Source of the DNA: Mayamaea pseudoterrestris
Taxonomy: Eukaryota
Reading direction: 5' to 3'
Assembly (NCBI GenBank): GCA_027923505.1
Contig: BROI01000005.1
Span: 310,001-374,000, forward strand
DNA: 64,000 bases
A program made the translations under genes and the position numbers. Positions within the stretch are counted from its first letter, which is position 1; each line of letters begins with the position of its first letter. The notes under the pieces were generated by a model. It did no database searches. It saw only the letters and a program-made list of their open reading frames with translations, and was not told the origin of the DNA. This document shows positions 48,703-58,249 of the stretch, piece by piece.

Positions 48703-51372
48703 TTACAGTAGCTTGCGCTTCTTCTTTTTCCGCTTTAAATTCAAGTCTGGTACTTCAATGTCATCAAATGACACGTCAATCTTCTCCTCTTTCATCTCGT
48801 CGACATCGACATATCCAATCGTCCGAGGACCTCCCATCGGAGGCGCCTGCTGGAGCTGCATCTGTTTTCGTTGATGACGCTCTTGATCTCGCCGTTGCCG
48901 TTGCTGCTCATCTCGTTGTCTCTTGTCTTCCTCTCGTTGCCAGAGCGCCGGTTCCGGATCAACACAATCGGGTTGGCGACCAAAAACCTTTGCAGATACG
49001 AGACCAAATTGTTTTCCGCAATCGACAAGCACATCGGGGACGGGTCGATTTTCGCAGGCGTCCCACGCCGCCATCATGAACTCATCGTGAGACTTTGCCT
49101 GCTCCGCCTTTAGAAACTCGCCATGTTTCTTCAGCAAGTGCTTGTTCAGAAATGATGAATTTTTAAATAGCTTGTGACAAAAGTGAAAGCTGCAGCGAGC
49201 TCTGCCATCTCCATCCAAAATGGAATGATCCTGAATCCACTGATCCACCGCCGCAGCTTCGGTTTGCTCAATGGCCTTTGCATCGCGATCCACCTGTTCA
49301 GACACAACAATGGCCATACCTGCAGCCGAGTAAGCCTCCATCCACTCCTGACAATCCCTGAGCGCTTGGGCAATGCCAATGTCCAAGCGTTCGACAAGAA
49401 GATCGCGCACGACAGCAGGCTTGGCATGCTGCCGGTCATTGTCGGACGACGTAACCTCCATTTGCTCATGATCGTGCCTCTCATTGTCACGTGCATCTTC
49501 GTCGCCTCGGTCCGCTGTTGTTTCAACAGTATTTGCATCATTCTCTCGCGCGCTGTCAATCTTTACATCGTCAGTACTAAGCAAGGTATCTGCATTCTCG
49601 AGACGCAAGTAAACGGTACTCGCCGGAGCGCAAGCCGCAAAATGCTTGTGCAAATGCGCATGCGTGCTTCCGCCTTGCAGCAACGGCGCACTACCTCCAC
49701 CAATGACAACGTCCGCAAGGTTGTAAATGTTGGTGACAATGTTTTCCTGCGCCAAGCCATGATAGAAGGAAACAAGGTGGACGCGCCGCAGATAAGCAAT
49801 GCAAATATCCAAAAGCAAGGCTGTTTCTGTAACCTTTTCCTTTACATCCACGTGTTCCTTCACATTGCCATTTATGAGCTGCTTTTCCACACTCTGCAGA
49901 ATCGCCTCCAGTCGCTGTTGGTGCGGAACTTGGTGACGAGCATCCAGCGACTTGGCAATGGTGCGAACACTGTCGTAATCCGAAAACACTCTCGCCGTCG
50001 TGCTCAACGACGCCGACAGGACCGTCACGCGCTGCACTTGATGCGGCAGCGAAACCTGGCACTGCACCAATCGCAGCGGCAGCAACGTACTAGGCGGCGT
50101 CGTTGCAACGTGCGTTTCCGTCGGCGGCCCGCCGCGGCCATTGGCGTCAATCTCGCGACGGCCGTACTGATCCGTGGCGTCAATGTTCAACTGTATGGTC
50201 ATACCAGCGCTTTGCTCGTGCGAGTAATGCTGCTGATTGCTACTGCTGTTGTTGTTGTTGTTGAATCGTCGAGGAACAGTGGGAGCTGCCGTCGCCGCCG
50301 CCAAGTACACGGTCGACTGCGGCGTCGCGCGGCTGACCAGCTTTTTCCACGCAGCTTGTAGCTCGTCCGGCGTCTGGTACACCGCCAAAACACTGCGCGT
50401 ATACAAGTGTTCCGGCGTGGGAGTGCTTGAATAAATGACTGGCACTGCCATGGCTTCTCCACTGCTCGCTTCCTTGCTATTGTCATTTACCAGAGCCGAC
50501 ATGATGGCCGCTTGCACCTGCTCGTCGGTAACGTAGTGCGGCAACGCATGAACGACGAAACACCGATCAAAAGTGGACGAAACGTGCAAGCTGGGAGCAG
50601 CGTTGCTTATCGAACCGTGAGCGTTGGTCGTTTTAAGGCCATGCGAAAGCGACACGGCTTGGTCCAGTACTTGCATCGTATCTTCTCTACCACCAGTCGC
50701 TGACTGCTGCATGATTTGTTGCAGTTGCTCGTGCATCAATTGCGCCTCCAAGCTTGCCCGCTGTTGGTGCAACTGCGCGCGCAGATAACGTTGCCGCGGA
50801 CTCATTAAATCCCTCAACCACGAGTCGTCCAAGTGATGATTCAGTATGGACCTTACGTAGCGAAGACAGTATTGCTGCTTGTAATTGTCGTATCTAGTGG
50901 TCATGGCAGTGGATGAATCTTGTTGCATGTTTGCGTCGTCGTCGTTGCTCTTGCTTGTTTCGTGTTCTGCTGCTTCATTTGTTGCTGCTTCATTGACAGC
51001 TGCTGCTGCAGTCGTAGTAGTAGTAAAATCTTCTTTCGTCGTCGCTGCTTCCTCCTCCTCCTTCCAAAGGACTTGACAAAGCAGCGGCTGCTCCACGTAG
51101 GTTTGGGAAACGTGCGTCAATGGAGATTTCGTAGTGACGCCGGATCCATAGTGAGGATGCGACGGCGACGAGTGCAATGACTGCTGTTGCTGCTGCTGCT
51201 GCTGCTTGTAATGATATGACGCCGACGCCAGGGATTGCGAGTCATGGTAGCGAGAGGATGTTTGGTGGTGATGAGACGACGACGTATGATAATGACTGCC
51301 GCCACTGCGGGGAGCGGAAAGCGGCTTCTGCAGGGCCGTCGGAACCTCGCGGCCAAACTCGTCGACGGCCAT
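48703..51372 (-). CDS. SRRT: SERRATE/ARS2 RNA effector homolog
   Basis: YDNYKQQY...LNHHLDDSWL, LDICIAYLRRVHLVSFY, C2H2 finger CSFHFCHKLFKNSSFLNKHLLKKH, C-terminal YVDVD and a basic NLS. Confidence 0.82.
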   Translation of the reverse strand: MAVDEFGREVPTALQKPLSAPRSGGSHYHTSSSHHHQTSSRYHDSQSLASASYHYKQQQQQQQQSLHSSPSHPHYGSGVTTKSPLTHVSQTYVEQPLLCQVLWKEEEEAATTKEDFTTTTTAAAAVNEAATNEAAEHETSKSNDDDANMQQDSSTAMTTRYDNYKQQYCLRYVRSILNHHLDDSWLRDLMSPRQRYLRAQLHQQRASLEAQLMHEQLQQIMQQSATGGREDTMQVLDQAVSLSHGLKTTNAHGSISNAAPSLHVSSTFDRCFVVHALPHYVTDEQVQAAIMSALVNDNSKEASSGEAMAVPVIYSSTPTPEHLYTRSVLAVYQTPDELQAAWKKLVSRATPQSTVYLAAATAAPTVPRRFNNNNNSSSNQQHYSHEQSAGMTIQLNIDATDQYGRREIDANGRGGPPTETHVATTPPSTLLPLRLVQCQVSLPHQVQRVTVLSASLSTTARVFSDYDSVRTIAKSLDARHQVPHQQRLEAILQSVEKQLINGNVKEHVDVKEKVTETALLLDICIAYLRRVHLVSFYHGLAQENIVTNIYNLADVVIGGGSAPLLQGGSTHAHLHKHFAACAPASTVYLRLENADTLLSTDDVKIDSARENDANTVETTADRGDEDARDNERHDHEQMEVTSSDNDRQHAKPAVVRDLLVERLDIGIAQALRDCQEWMEAYSAAGMAIVVSEQVDRDAKAIEQTEAAAVDQWIQDHSILDGDGRARCSFHFCHKLFKNSSFLNKHLLKKHGEFLKAEQAKSHDEFMMAAWDACENRPVPDVLVDCGKQFGLVSAKVFGRQPDCVDPEPALWQREEDKRQRDEQQRQRRDQERHQRKQMQLQQAPPMGGPRTIGYVDVDEMKEEKIDVSFDDIEVPDLNLKRKKKKRKLL

Positions 51373-51698
51373 GTTTCAGTCTGCTTTACTAAGCTATGAT
51401 CGCTTTGCTTGCTTTGCTGCCTGTACTATAGTCTATAGGTATCTCGAGCTCGCAGTGACTAACTAACTGACTGATTACTTGACTTGACTCGAGTTGGAAG
51501 TGACAACCTTGAAAAGGTTGTGAACGATGCGGCGCGCGCGTTGAACCGCGCGTTTCTCATGGTCGTCACGGATGACGAGCGACGGACAGGCGCCGGACGC
51601 GAAATGCGATGCGTCGACGCAGCGATCATATTATTTTCTTCTACTTGGTCGAACACGTACCGGTAAACAATGATGATCATATAATCAGAACAAGCAGC

Positions 51699-54600
51699 AT
51701 GGACGACCTTCACGCCCTCATTTACGGCTCGCAGAATGATGCAGCGAGTCAAGGGGACGGCGACGACCAGCAGCAAGAAGAATGTGAGCAACCATTACTC
51801 GTTTCCTCCTCGCCGCAAAAGGGAAACGCTGATGGCGACAAGAAACGCAAGCACAATGATAACGACAGCAATCAACAGCAGCCAAAGCAACGGGGACGCA
51901 AGCGCAAGAGTTTGGAATCTAACGACAATAATGAGAATGAAGCGGCTGCTGTCACAGCATCGGCAGTCCAACGAATGACGAATCATGTTCCAATGCTACT
52001 GCAAACATTATATCCAAAGTCATCATCGTCATTTATACATACTACTGCAACTACCACTACAGACACTGTTACTTTGAACAGCAACAGCTCTCATATTCAC
52101 AACATTTACGCGCAAAATGCACCACCACCAGTTGCTCCTCCTCCACTGAGTGACGCGGCCCTGCAGCGCCGCAAGCGCAAGGAGCGTCGCTTCGCCATCA
52201 AGCGACAGTGGCAGCTGCGCAAGTACAATTTGACCAGTGAGCGCGACGTTGGCGGCGCCTGCGAGCGGGCCATGCGGAACGCGATTGCGACGCGGAATGA
52301 AGGGGCAAACGCGAATGCAATTGACGCATCTACCAATAGTAATGATGAACATGCTGCTGCTAATGCAACCATTATCGATGACGCGGAGCAAGATTACTGG
52401 CAACTGGGTAGAACCATGCCGGCTCGAGTGGATATTACCTATAGGTCGTTGCCGCCCATTGCGCCGTTACAATCCGTGGTGGAAGAGACGATGGTGGAAG
52501 AGACGAAGGTAGTACCGGATGCAACGAAGAGTGTTTATGTAAATGATAATGATGATGCAAATGACAACGAAGATAACGATGACGAAAATGATGAACTCGA
52601 TGACACTGAATCATTTGCCAACATACCAATACCCGTCTTGAAACTCTCCAGCTTTTCCAACGTGAGTCAGTTCAAGTCGAGCAAGGCCCTGCGGAACGAT
52701 TACAACCATGGAACGTTTTGCTATTGGCCCAACCACCGCATGCAACAGCAGGAGCAAGTGGTGGCGACGCGGCCCTTGCATCGGCGCCTGCTGCATGCGA
52801 CTGCTGCGCGTGCCGTCATGGCCAAGACTGGTGGTGCAGCAGCGGAAGCAAAAGTTACTTTTGACAATGATTTACACGACAGACTCATCAATCGACTACT
52901 CGTGTTGCTGTGGAAGCATCCGCCACTGAAAACAAAAGACATGTCACTGCTGAGTGCGCATCACGTCGATCGCAGTACGCTGGTCCAGCATCAAACGGAG
53001 TGTGCAGCGAACCACTGCCAGTTTTACTTGCAGCATTTTGCCGAATGGAGCAGCAGCAACGGCGGCAATCATGTAAAAGTCATGCGCGAGTTGGGCTTGG
53101 CGAGTCGTTACGGTGTGGCGACGCCACCGTCCTTGGTGGGATATCCGCTGGGAAATCGCAAGAAACTAAATGTGGCGCATGACCGACTGCAGCAGCGCTT
53201 GCTCCAGCAATATGGTGTTTCAAAAAAGGCAATGACGATTGCGAATAGTAATAACATTGACGCTGATACTACTGAACATGGAATCAACGGATTCTCTATC
53301 TTGGCTCCAACGGTATCTTACTATTTTGTCCCTGGCTCGGTGCCGCCAACTCCAATGGGACCACTACTTCCAATAAACATTGTGTTCGGTCCAATGGACA
53401 AGTATAATTACACGCAACATCACGCGCCCATTTCCGAAAGTGTTTACAAAACGACCTTGGCGGCTCTGTTGCCTCGTTATGCCGCTGCGCGAATTGACGA
53501 TGATGACGACGAAGTAGCAGCAGCACGCTCCGTGCAGCAACATATTCATTGCGTGGCGTTGGAAACAGCACTGCTTAATCAGAACAACCGCTGGACTTAT
53601 TATACACATTTTGGCAGCAAGAGCCATTTGACCGAACTACCTTTGCCGCAGTTTGCCAAGGCAGCGGAATTTTACTGCAGCCTTGTGGCCAGCAACGTTA
53701 TACCGGCCCTTTCGACGTCGTACTCTTGTGACAATGGCGACGACCAAGACAGTCACCGCGACGAGTACAAGCTAAACACTGTGGAAGGTAGAAAACGTTG
53801 GTCAGAATCATTCTTCCGGGCTGGCGAGCCAACTCCATCCGTGTTTGAACTTGTCGAGCAGTGGAAGGATCACAATGGGTTGCAAATGTTTTCGCACCTG
53901 CAAGTCATCTTTGGACTGTTCCGCGTTGCTCACATTCTTCCCGATGCAGCTGCAGAAATCTTTTCACGTCCCTTGAGCGATGCAGAGTGCACACAAACAC
54001 CCATGGAACGCATGCAGCAAGTGCTTGAATTCATGGAATCCTCACACATGTTGACAGGCGTCGAGGTTCCACTGCAAGGTCAAGAGCACAATGTCATTCA
54101 TGTGAGTGAGCTTGAGTATGCGTTGCATCACGCGGCGGACTGCTTTGCCAAGGCCATTGAGCGCGATCCTGTGGAGCCGAGCCACTATGCTTGGTATTTG
54201 GCCGTGTCGGCTGGTAGCCTGTTGTTGTGCTCTGGCAATCGCATAGGCAGTGAGGCCCGACTATGGCCTTCGTATCGTGTCACTGACAGTTCGCAGCAGT
54301 CAGTCTTTGGCTCGCTGCACGATTCTAGCTCCGTTGCGGCTCATGAAGTCCGCCGGAAATTACCAAAATTCGACGTATTGCGGCAACAAACGGCCAGAGC
54401 TGTACAATTACTCGTTACTCTGGCTGATCAGCAGCAAGGAACTCGTTCCAACTTGTTGGTGGCTTCATTTTTGGAATGGCGACAAGTTATTGCTTTCCTC
54501 GTCGGGCCGGAAGGAAGTGACGGTGCTGACTTTGTTACTATTCGATCCCTGCACCAGCATTACGTGGCGCAATACGCAATTCATGAAAATTCGTCCAAGT

Positions 54601-56168
54601 CGCTTGAGTATCTGCTCGCACAACCCTCTCTCGGAAAGGAGAACGAAAAGCTGGATGGTTTGGCTTTGGCTCTTGAAAGGGACCCGAGCAATGTGGATCA
54701 CTGGATAAATCTTAGTGATGCACTCGGCCCAATTGTTGACGTATCCTCCAAACCGACGACTTGGTGGGGACAAGATCGCAAAGATTGGTGGGACGACGCG
54801 TTGCTCCGTGTTCCAAAGTCGACTGCGAGCACGATTGTCAACGATGCAGAGATCATGCAACGAGCTTGCTCCGTTTGGCAACCTCCCATCATGAATGAGG
54901 CAAATACAAGTGACCAATTAACAATTGACAATGATGACGACAAGCTAGGCGCTGCAGGATGGACGTGGTTGGAACGAGTCATCAACTCAACTGTCGAGTC
55001 AACCAAGGACGACAAAAAAGCACCTCCCATGCGACGGAGAAAGAGGGTTTACGACAATAATTTACCTTTACCACATCGTTTGGCAATGCTTGATGAGACT
55101 GTTTTGGACACAAAGGAATCCATGTTGCGGAGCTTGACGTTGGACGACGACGCTATGCTCGTCTTGTGCTGCAAACTGATACTGCGTTGTCACTTGTATG
55201 GCGCAACTGATGCCGATCTTGTGAGACTAATTGGGGAACTTGTTATGGAAGCCTGGAATGATGCGTTGGGCATGCGCAACCTGGAATTGGATGCATGCAA
55301 GGTCTTGGAATGTTTGCATCAATTGGGCTTCGACATTGCCGCCTTGTCCAAGACCAATATTGTTGACAATAAACAGGTGGACATGACTGATGCTAATGAT
55401 TCATTGCAAAGCAGTATACATTCTAAGGGTCGGTCATCATCATCCTCGTCGGATGATTCGTCGACAAGTTCGACATCCTCTACTGCACCTGTCGAGTCAT
55501 TGACAAGTTCAAGTGCCACCATGTCCAAGACTAATGTCAAAGACAATAAACTGGTGGACATAAATGATGCTAAAGATTCATTGGGACGCAGTTTAAGTTC
55601 TAAGGGTCGCTCATCATCCTCGTCGGATGATTCGTCGACAAGTTCGACATCCTCTACTGCACCTGCCGAGCCGTCGACAAATTCAAGTGCCGCCATGTCC
55701 AAGACCAATGTTCTTGACAATAACATGGTGGACATGACTGATGCTAATGATTCATTGCAAAGCATTATACATTCTAAGGGTCAGTCATCATCATCCTCGT
55801 CGGATGATTCGTCGACAAATTCGACATCTTCTACTGCCTCTGATGAGTCGTCGACAACTTCATCAAGTTCGAGTGCAGCCTTGTCCAAGACCAGTGTTGT
55901 TGACGGTAAACAGGTGGACATGAGTGACGCTGATGATTCATTGCAAAACAGTATTCATTCCAAGGGTCGGTCATCTTCTTCGTCGGATGATTCCTCAACA
56001 AGTTCGGCATCATCTACTGCCTCTGATAAGTCGTCAACAACTTCATCAAGTTCGACTGCGGCGAGCAGTATACATTCCAAGAGTCGGTCGTCATCCTCGT
56101 CCGATAATTCCTCAACAAGTTCTACATCCTCTACCGACTCGGATGAGTCGTCGACAAGTTCATTATAA
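51699..56168 (+). CDS. Large nuclear protein with TPR-like helices and Ser/Asp-rich C-terminal repeats (possible TAF1A/Rrn11-like)
   Basis: Long stop-free ORF; NLS-like RGRKRK and RRKRKERR; TPR-like ADCFAKAIERDP and ALALERDPSNVDHW; WWGQDRKDWW. The family assignment is inference only. Confidence 0.7.
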   Translation: MDDLHALIYGSQNDAASQGDGDDQQQEECEQPLLVSSSPQKGNADGDKKRKHNDNDSNQQQPKQRGRKRKSLESNDNNENEAAAVTASAVQRMTNHVPMLLQTLYPKSSSSFIHTTATTTTDTVTLNSNSSHIHNIYAQNAPPPVAPPPLSDAALQRRKRKERRFAIKRQWQLRKYNLTSERDVGGACERAMRNAIATRNEGANANAIDASTNSNDEHAAANATIIDDAEQDYWQLGRTMPARVDITYRSLPPIAPLQSVVEETMVEETKVVPDATKSVYVNDNDDANDNEDNDDENDELDDTESFANIPIPVLKLSSFSNVSQFKSSKALRNDYNHGTFCYWPNHRMQQQEQVVATRPLHRRLLHATAARAVMAKTGGAAAEAKVTFDNDLHDRLINRLLVLLWKHPPLKTKDMSLLSAHHVDRSTLVQHQTECAANHCQFYLQHFAEWSSSNGGNHVKVMRELGLASRYGVATPPSLVGYPLGNRKKLNVAHDRLQQRLLQQYGVSKKAMTIANSNNIDADTTEHGINGFSILAPTVSYYFVPGSVPPTPMGPLLPINIVFGPMDKYNYTQHHAPISESVYKTTLAALLPRYAAARIDDDDDEVAAARSVQQHIHCVALETALLNQNNRWTYYTHFGSKSHLTELPLPQFAKAAEFYCSLVASNVIPALSTSYSCDNGDDQDSHRDEYKLNTVEGRKRWSESFFRAGEPTPSVFELVEQWKDHNGLQMFSHLQVIFGLFRVAHILPDAAAEIFSRPLSDAECTQTPMERMQQVLEFMESSHMLTGVEVPLQGQEHNVIHVSELEYALHHAADCFAKAIERDPVEPSHYAWYLAVSAGSLLLCSGNRIGSEARLWPSYRVTDSSQQSVFGSLHDSSSVAAHEVRRKLPKFDVLRQQTARAVQLLVTLADQQQGTRSNLLVASFLEWRQVIAFLVGPEGSDGADFVTIRSLHQHYVAQYAIHENSSKSLEYLLAQPSLGKENEKLDGLALALERDPSNVDHWINLSDALGPIVDVSSKPTTWWGQDRKDWWDDALLRVPKSTASTIVNDAEIMQRACSVWQPPIMNEANTSDQLTIDNDDDKLGAAGWTWLERVINSTVESTKDDKKAPPMRRRKRVYDNNLPLPHRLAMLDETVLDTKESMLRSLTLDDDAMLVLCCKLILRCHLYGATDADLVRLIGELVMEAWNDALGMRNLELDACKVLECLHQLGFDIAALSKTNIVDNKQVDMTDANDSLQSSIHSKGRSSSSSSDDSSTSSTSSTAPVESLTSSSATMSKTNVKDNKLVDINDAKDSLGRSLSSKGRSSSSSDDSSTSSTSSTAPAEPSTNSSAAMSKTNVLDNNMVDMTDANDSLQSIIHSKGQSSSSSSDDSSTNSTSSTASDESSTTSSSSSAALSKTSVVDGKQVDMSDADDSLQNSIHSKGRSSSSSDDSSTSSASSTASDKSSTTSSSSTAASSIHSKSRSSSSSDNSSTSSTSSTDSDESSTSSL
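55341..56165 (+). repeat. About 4.5 diverged coding repeats of 174-186 bp
   Basis: Units beginning (t/a)tgtccaagac at 55344, 55521, 55695 and 55881, plus a partial at about 56065. Each encodes SKTxVxDxKxVDMxDAxDSLxxSIHSKGRSSSSSDDSSTSSTSST. Confidence 0.92.
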
Positions 56169-56841
56169 TTTTGACTGCAACGAGTTTGCATGCTGTGAAC
56201 AATGATACTCTCTAAAGTTATATATCCATCAACGCAGCATTATTATCTGATGTTAATGCTTTTTCATTAGGTTGTAATTATCCGGTTCAGGGCAGATTTT
56301 TAGAGGAGACTGCCTTGAAGACACTCATAAGATATCTTATGCAGACACTGCGAACGGTGCGACGGAGGGCCAACTGCACTTGTGCTGATTGCCGAGCAGG
56401 AAATGCTCCTTAGTACTACCGACATAGTTTCTCATGTTAGTTGCCTTATTATACGTTTGACTGTTTAGTGAGCTAGCTAGTTATAGTTGCGTTTTTCGAG
56501 CTCAACTCTTGATAAAGTTGAATTGTGCATGTTACCGCCAATAGGGTGTTCCGAGTGTCGTCAAGCTTTCCTTTTAATTGTAAGTAATCATGTACTTGTC
56601 GTTTCGTCCTATTATATGATACTTGCGCTCGGACTACCGGTAGTAGATTCTTCCAGATATCCATTGAAAAGTAATCGCCCGATAAACTCTCATCGCCTCT
56701 CGAGTAGCCACAGTTTTGGCAAATTATTCACTTCGCTAGATTGGCTTGTTCCATCTTGGTATACTAGGAGTATCTCAAAAAGCCAGCATCCTTTATTTCT
56801 AAGACACAACCAAGGAATGGCACATTTTAAATGAACAATTC

Positions 56842-57978
56842 TCACCTGCTTGAGGAGACCGGCAAAAGCTCGCCAAGCATTAATCTCAGAATATTTGCAT
56901 GATTCTCAAAATCCTTGGTACCAGCGCCCGTTCCAATGCTACGCAGCATCATGTGTTGCGGAACCTCGCCAGTGGCAGTGTGTGGCGCCGCGTAACGTTG
57001 CACCAGCGTGCGAATCAAGGCGGCGCCAGTGGGCGTGACTAGTTCGCCCTTGGCGTCCGGTGGACCGCGCGTGACTGGCATGTCTTTCATTAGCGCCAGC
57101 GTCGCTGGGGCGGGAACTGGTAACACACCATGTTGCGTCTTGACCATGCCGGCACCAAGTGGAAGTGGGCTACAGGAAAATGTTTTGGCGCCAAGCAACC
57201 AGAGTGCCAGCAAGGTTCCGACAGTGTCAACAATGGAATCAATGGCTCCCACTTCATGAAAGTGCACGTGGTCAATGCTTTCCGCGCCATGCACCGATGC
57301 TTCGGCGTGCGCTAACGCAGTAAAGGTTTCAATGGCCGTTTCCTTCACCCATGCTGGAATGAACTGTTCGTCTGCATGTTCAAGCATGCGCCGAATCTCC
57401 GAAAGATTTCGCATCGGTCCACTAGAGACTGAATGCTCGAGCGAATGTACATGCGAGTGAGTATATTCATCTATGGTTGTTAATTGTGTGTCGTTGCAAT
57501 CAGCTTTATTAATCTCATTAGATTGCAAATGTTCGTGTTCATGGCTGTGAGTAACTGCACCGTTGTGCCCGTGCGCGTGAGCATGACCATGATCGTGATG
57601 AAGAGAAGCCTCATGGTAGCTCGTTTCACTATCATGTTTCGTACTGCTCATAGGAACTGGAGCTGCCGCGTGCTTGTAAATGCTTTCAACAGTAACGTGC
57701 TTGGCGGAAATCATTCCTCGACTGCGATGAACTTGTTTACAGTGAATGGAGAATTCGCCAGCCAAGTCTACAAGCCCAAGCTCGAGTCGCTGCGTAATTT
57801 CATCGATCAAGTCAATTTCAGAAGCATCCAGGCAAGCAGCCAGCATCATGTCGCCGGCAGCGCCGGAAAACAAGTCAAAGTGCGCGTGCATGATGGGTGG
57901 AATTGCTGCTGCATCGTTCCAATGAGACGACCACGCTGACGGAATTTTGGGGGAGGAAGATTGGTCGCTTTTGTTCAT
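56842..57978 (-). CDS. larC: LarC-family nickel-pincer cofactor nickel insertase, N-terminal (LarC1) part with His-rich insert
   Basis: HFDLFSGAAGDMMLAACLD, a His-rich tract, LAHAEASVHG, VHFHEVGAIDSIVD, HGVLPVPAPAT, ELVTPTGAA, GTGAGTKDF and ANILR; stop codon soon after. Confidence 0.9.
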   Translation of the reverse strand: MNKSDQSSSPKIPSAWSSHWNDAAAIPPIMHAHFDLFSGAAGDMMLAACLDASEIDLIDEITQRLELGLVDLAGEFSIHCKQVHRSRGMISAKHVTVESIYKHAAAPVPMSSTKHDSETSYHEASLHHDHGHAHAHGHNGAVTHSHEHEHLQSNEINKADCNDTQLTTIDEYTHSHVHSLEHSVSSGPMRNLSEIRRMLEHADEQFIPAWVKETAIETFTALAHAEASVHGAESIDHVHFHEVGAIDSIVDTVGTLLALWLLGAKTFSCSPLPLGAGMVKTQHGVLPVPAPATLALMKDMPVTRGPPDAKGELVTPTGAALIRTLVQRYAAPHTATGEVPQHMMLRSIGTGAGTKDFENHANILRLMLGELLPVSSSR

Positions 57979-58249
57979 TTTGGGGCGAGATTAATAATTG
58001 AAGTTACTATCAGTTTATATAGTCGAAGGAAGATGCAGCAAATAGAAAGCAGTTGAGTTGAGTGAGGGATCCGACTGATATTGTGGATGCGATGGCCATG
58101 GTATTCGTCGCTCTTTTCTTGGAATCGTACCGGTTATCGTGAAGGGTCGTTCCGGCACTCATTCAACGAAGCTTTTTGCGACCTTGATCGGCCCGGCACT
58201 TTTGCAACAAATATTGCTCTGCAAAGTCAATTAACAGCTGACAGCAACC

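Noticed and set aside
49174..50361. 395-aa antisense ORF in SERRATE, and similar shadows such as 30023..31039 and 37343..37939
   Set aside because: They lie opposite well-supported genes and have no recognisable motifs.
51182..51206. CAG/CAA and AAC microsatellites in SERRATE and the DUF2439 gene
   Set aside because: Ordinary poly-Gln/Asn coding tracts in disordered regions.
56394..56408. GAGCA-GGAAA-TGCTC hairpin as a possible SRP RNA or SECIS fragment
   Set aside because: Only a 5-bp stem without the required internal-loop motifs; read-through of the larC TGA meets another stop within five codons.
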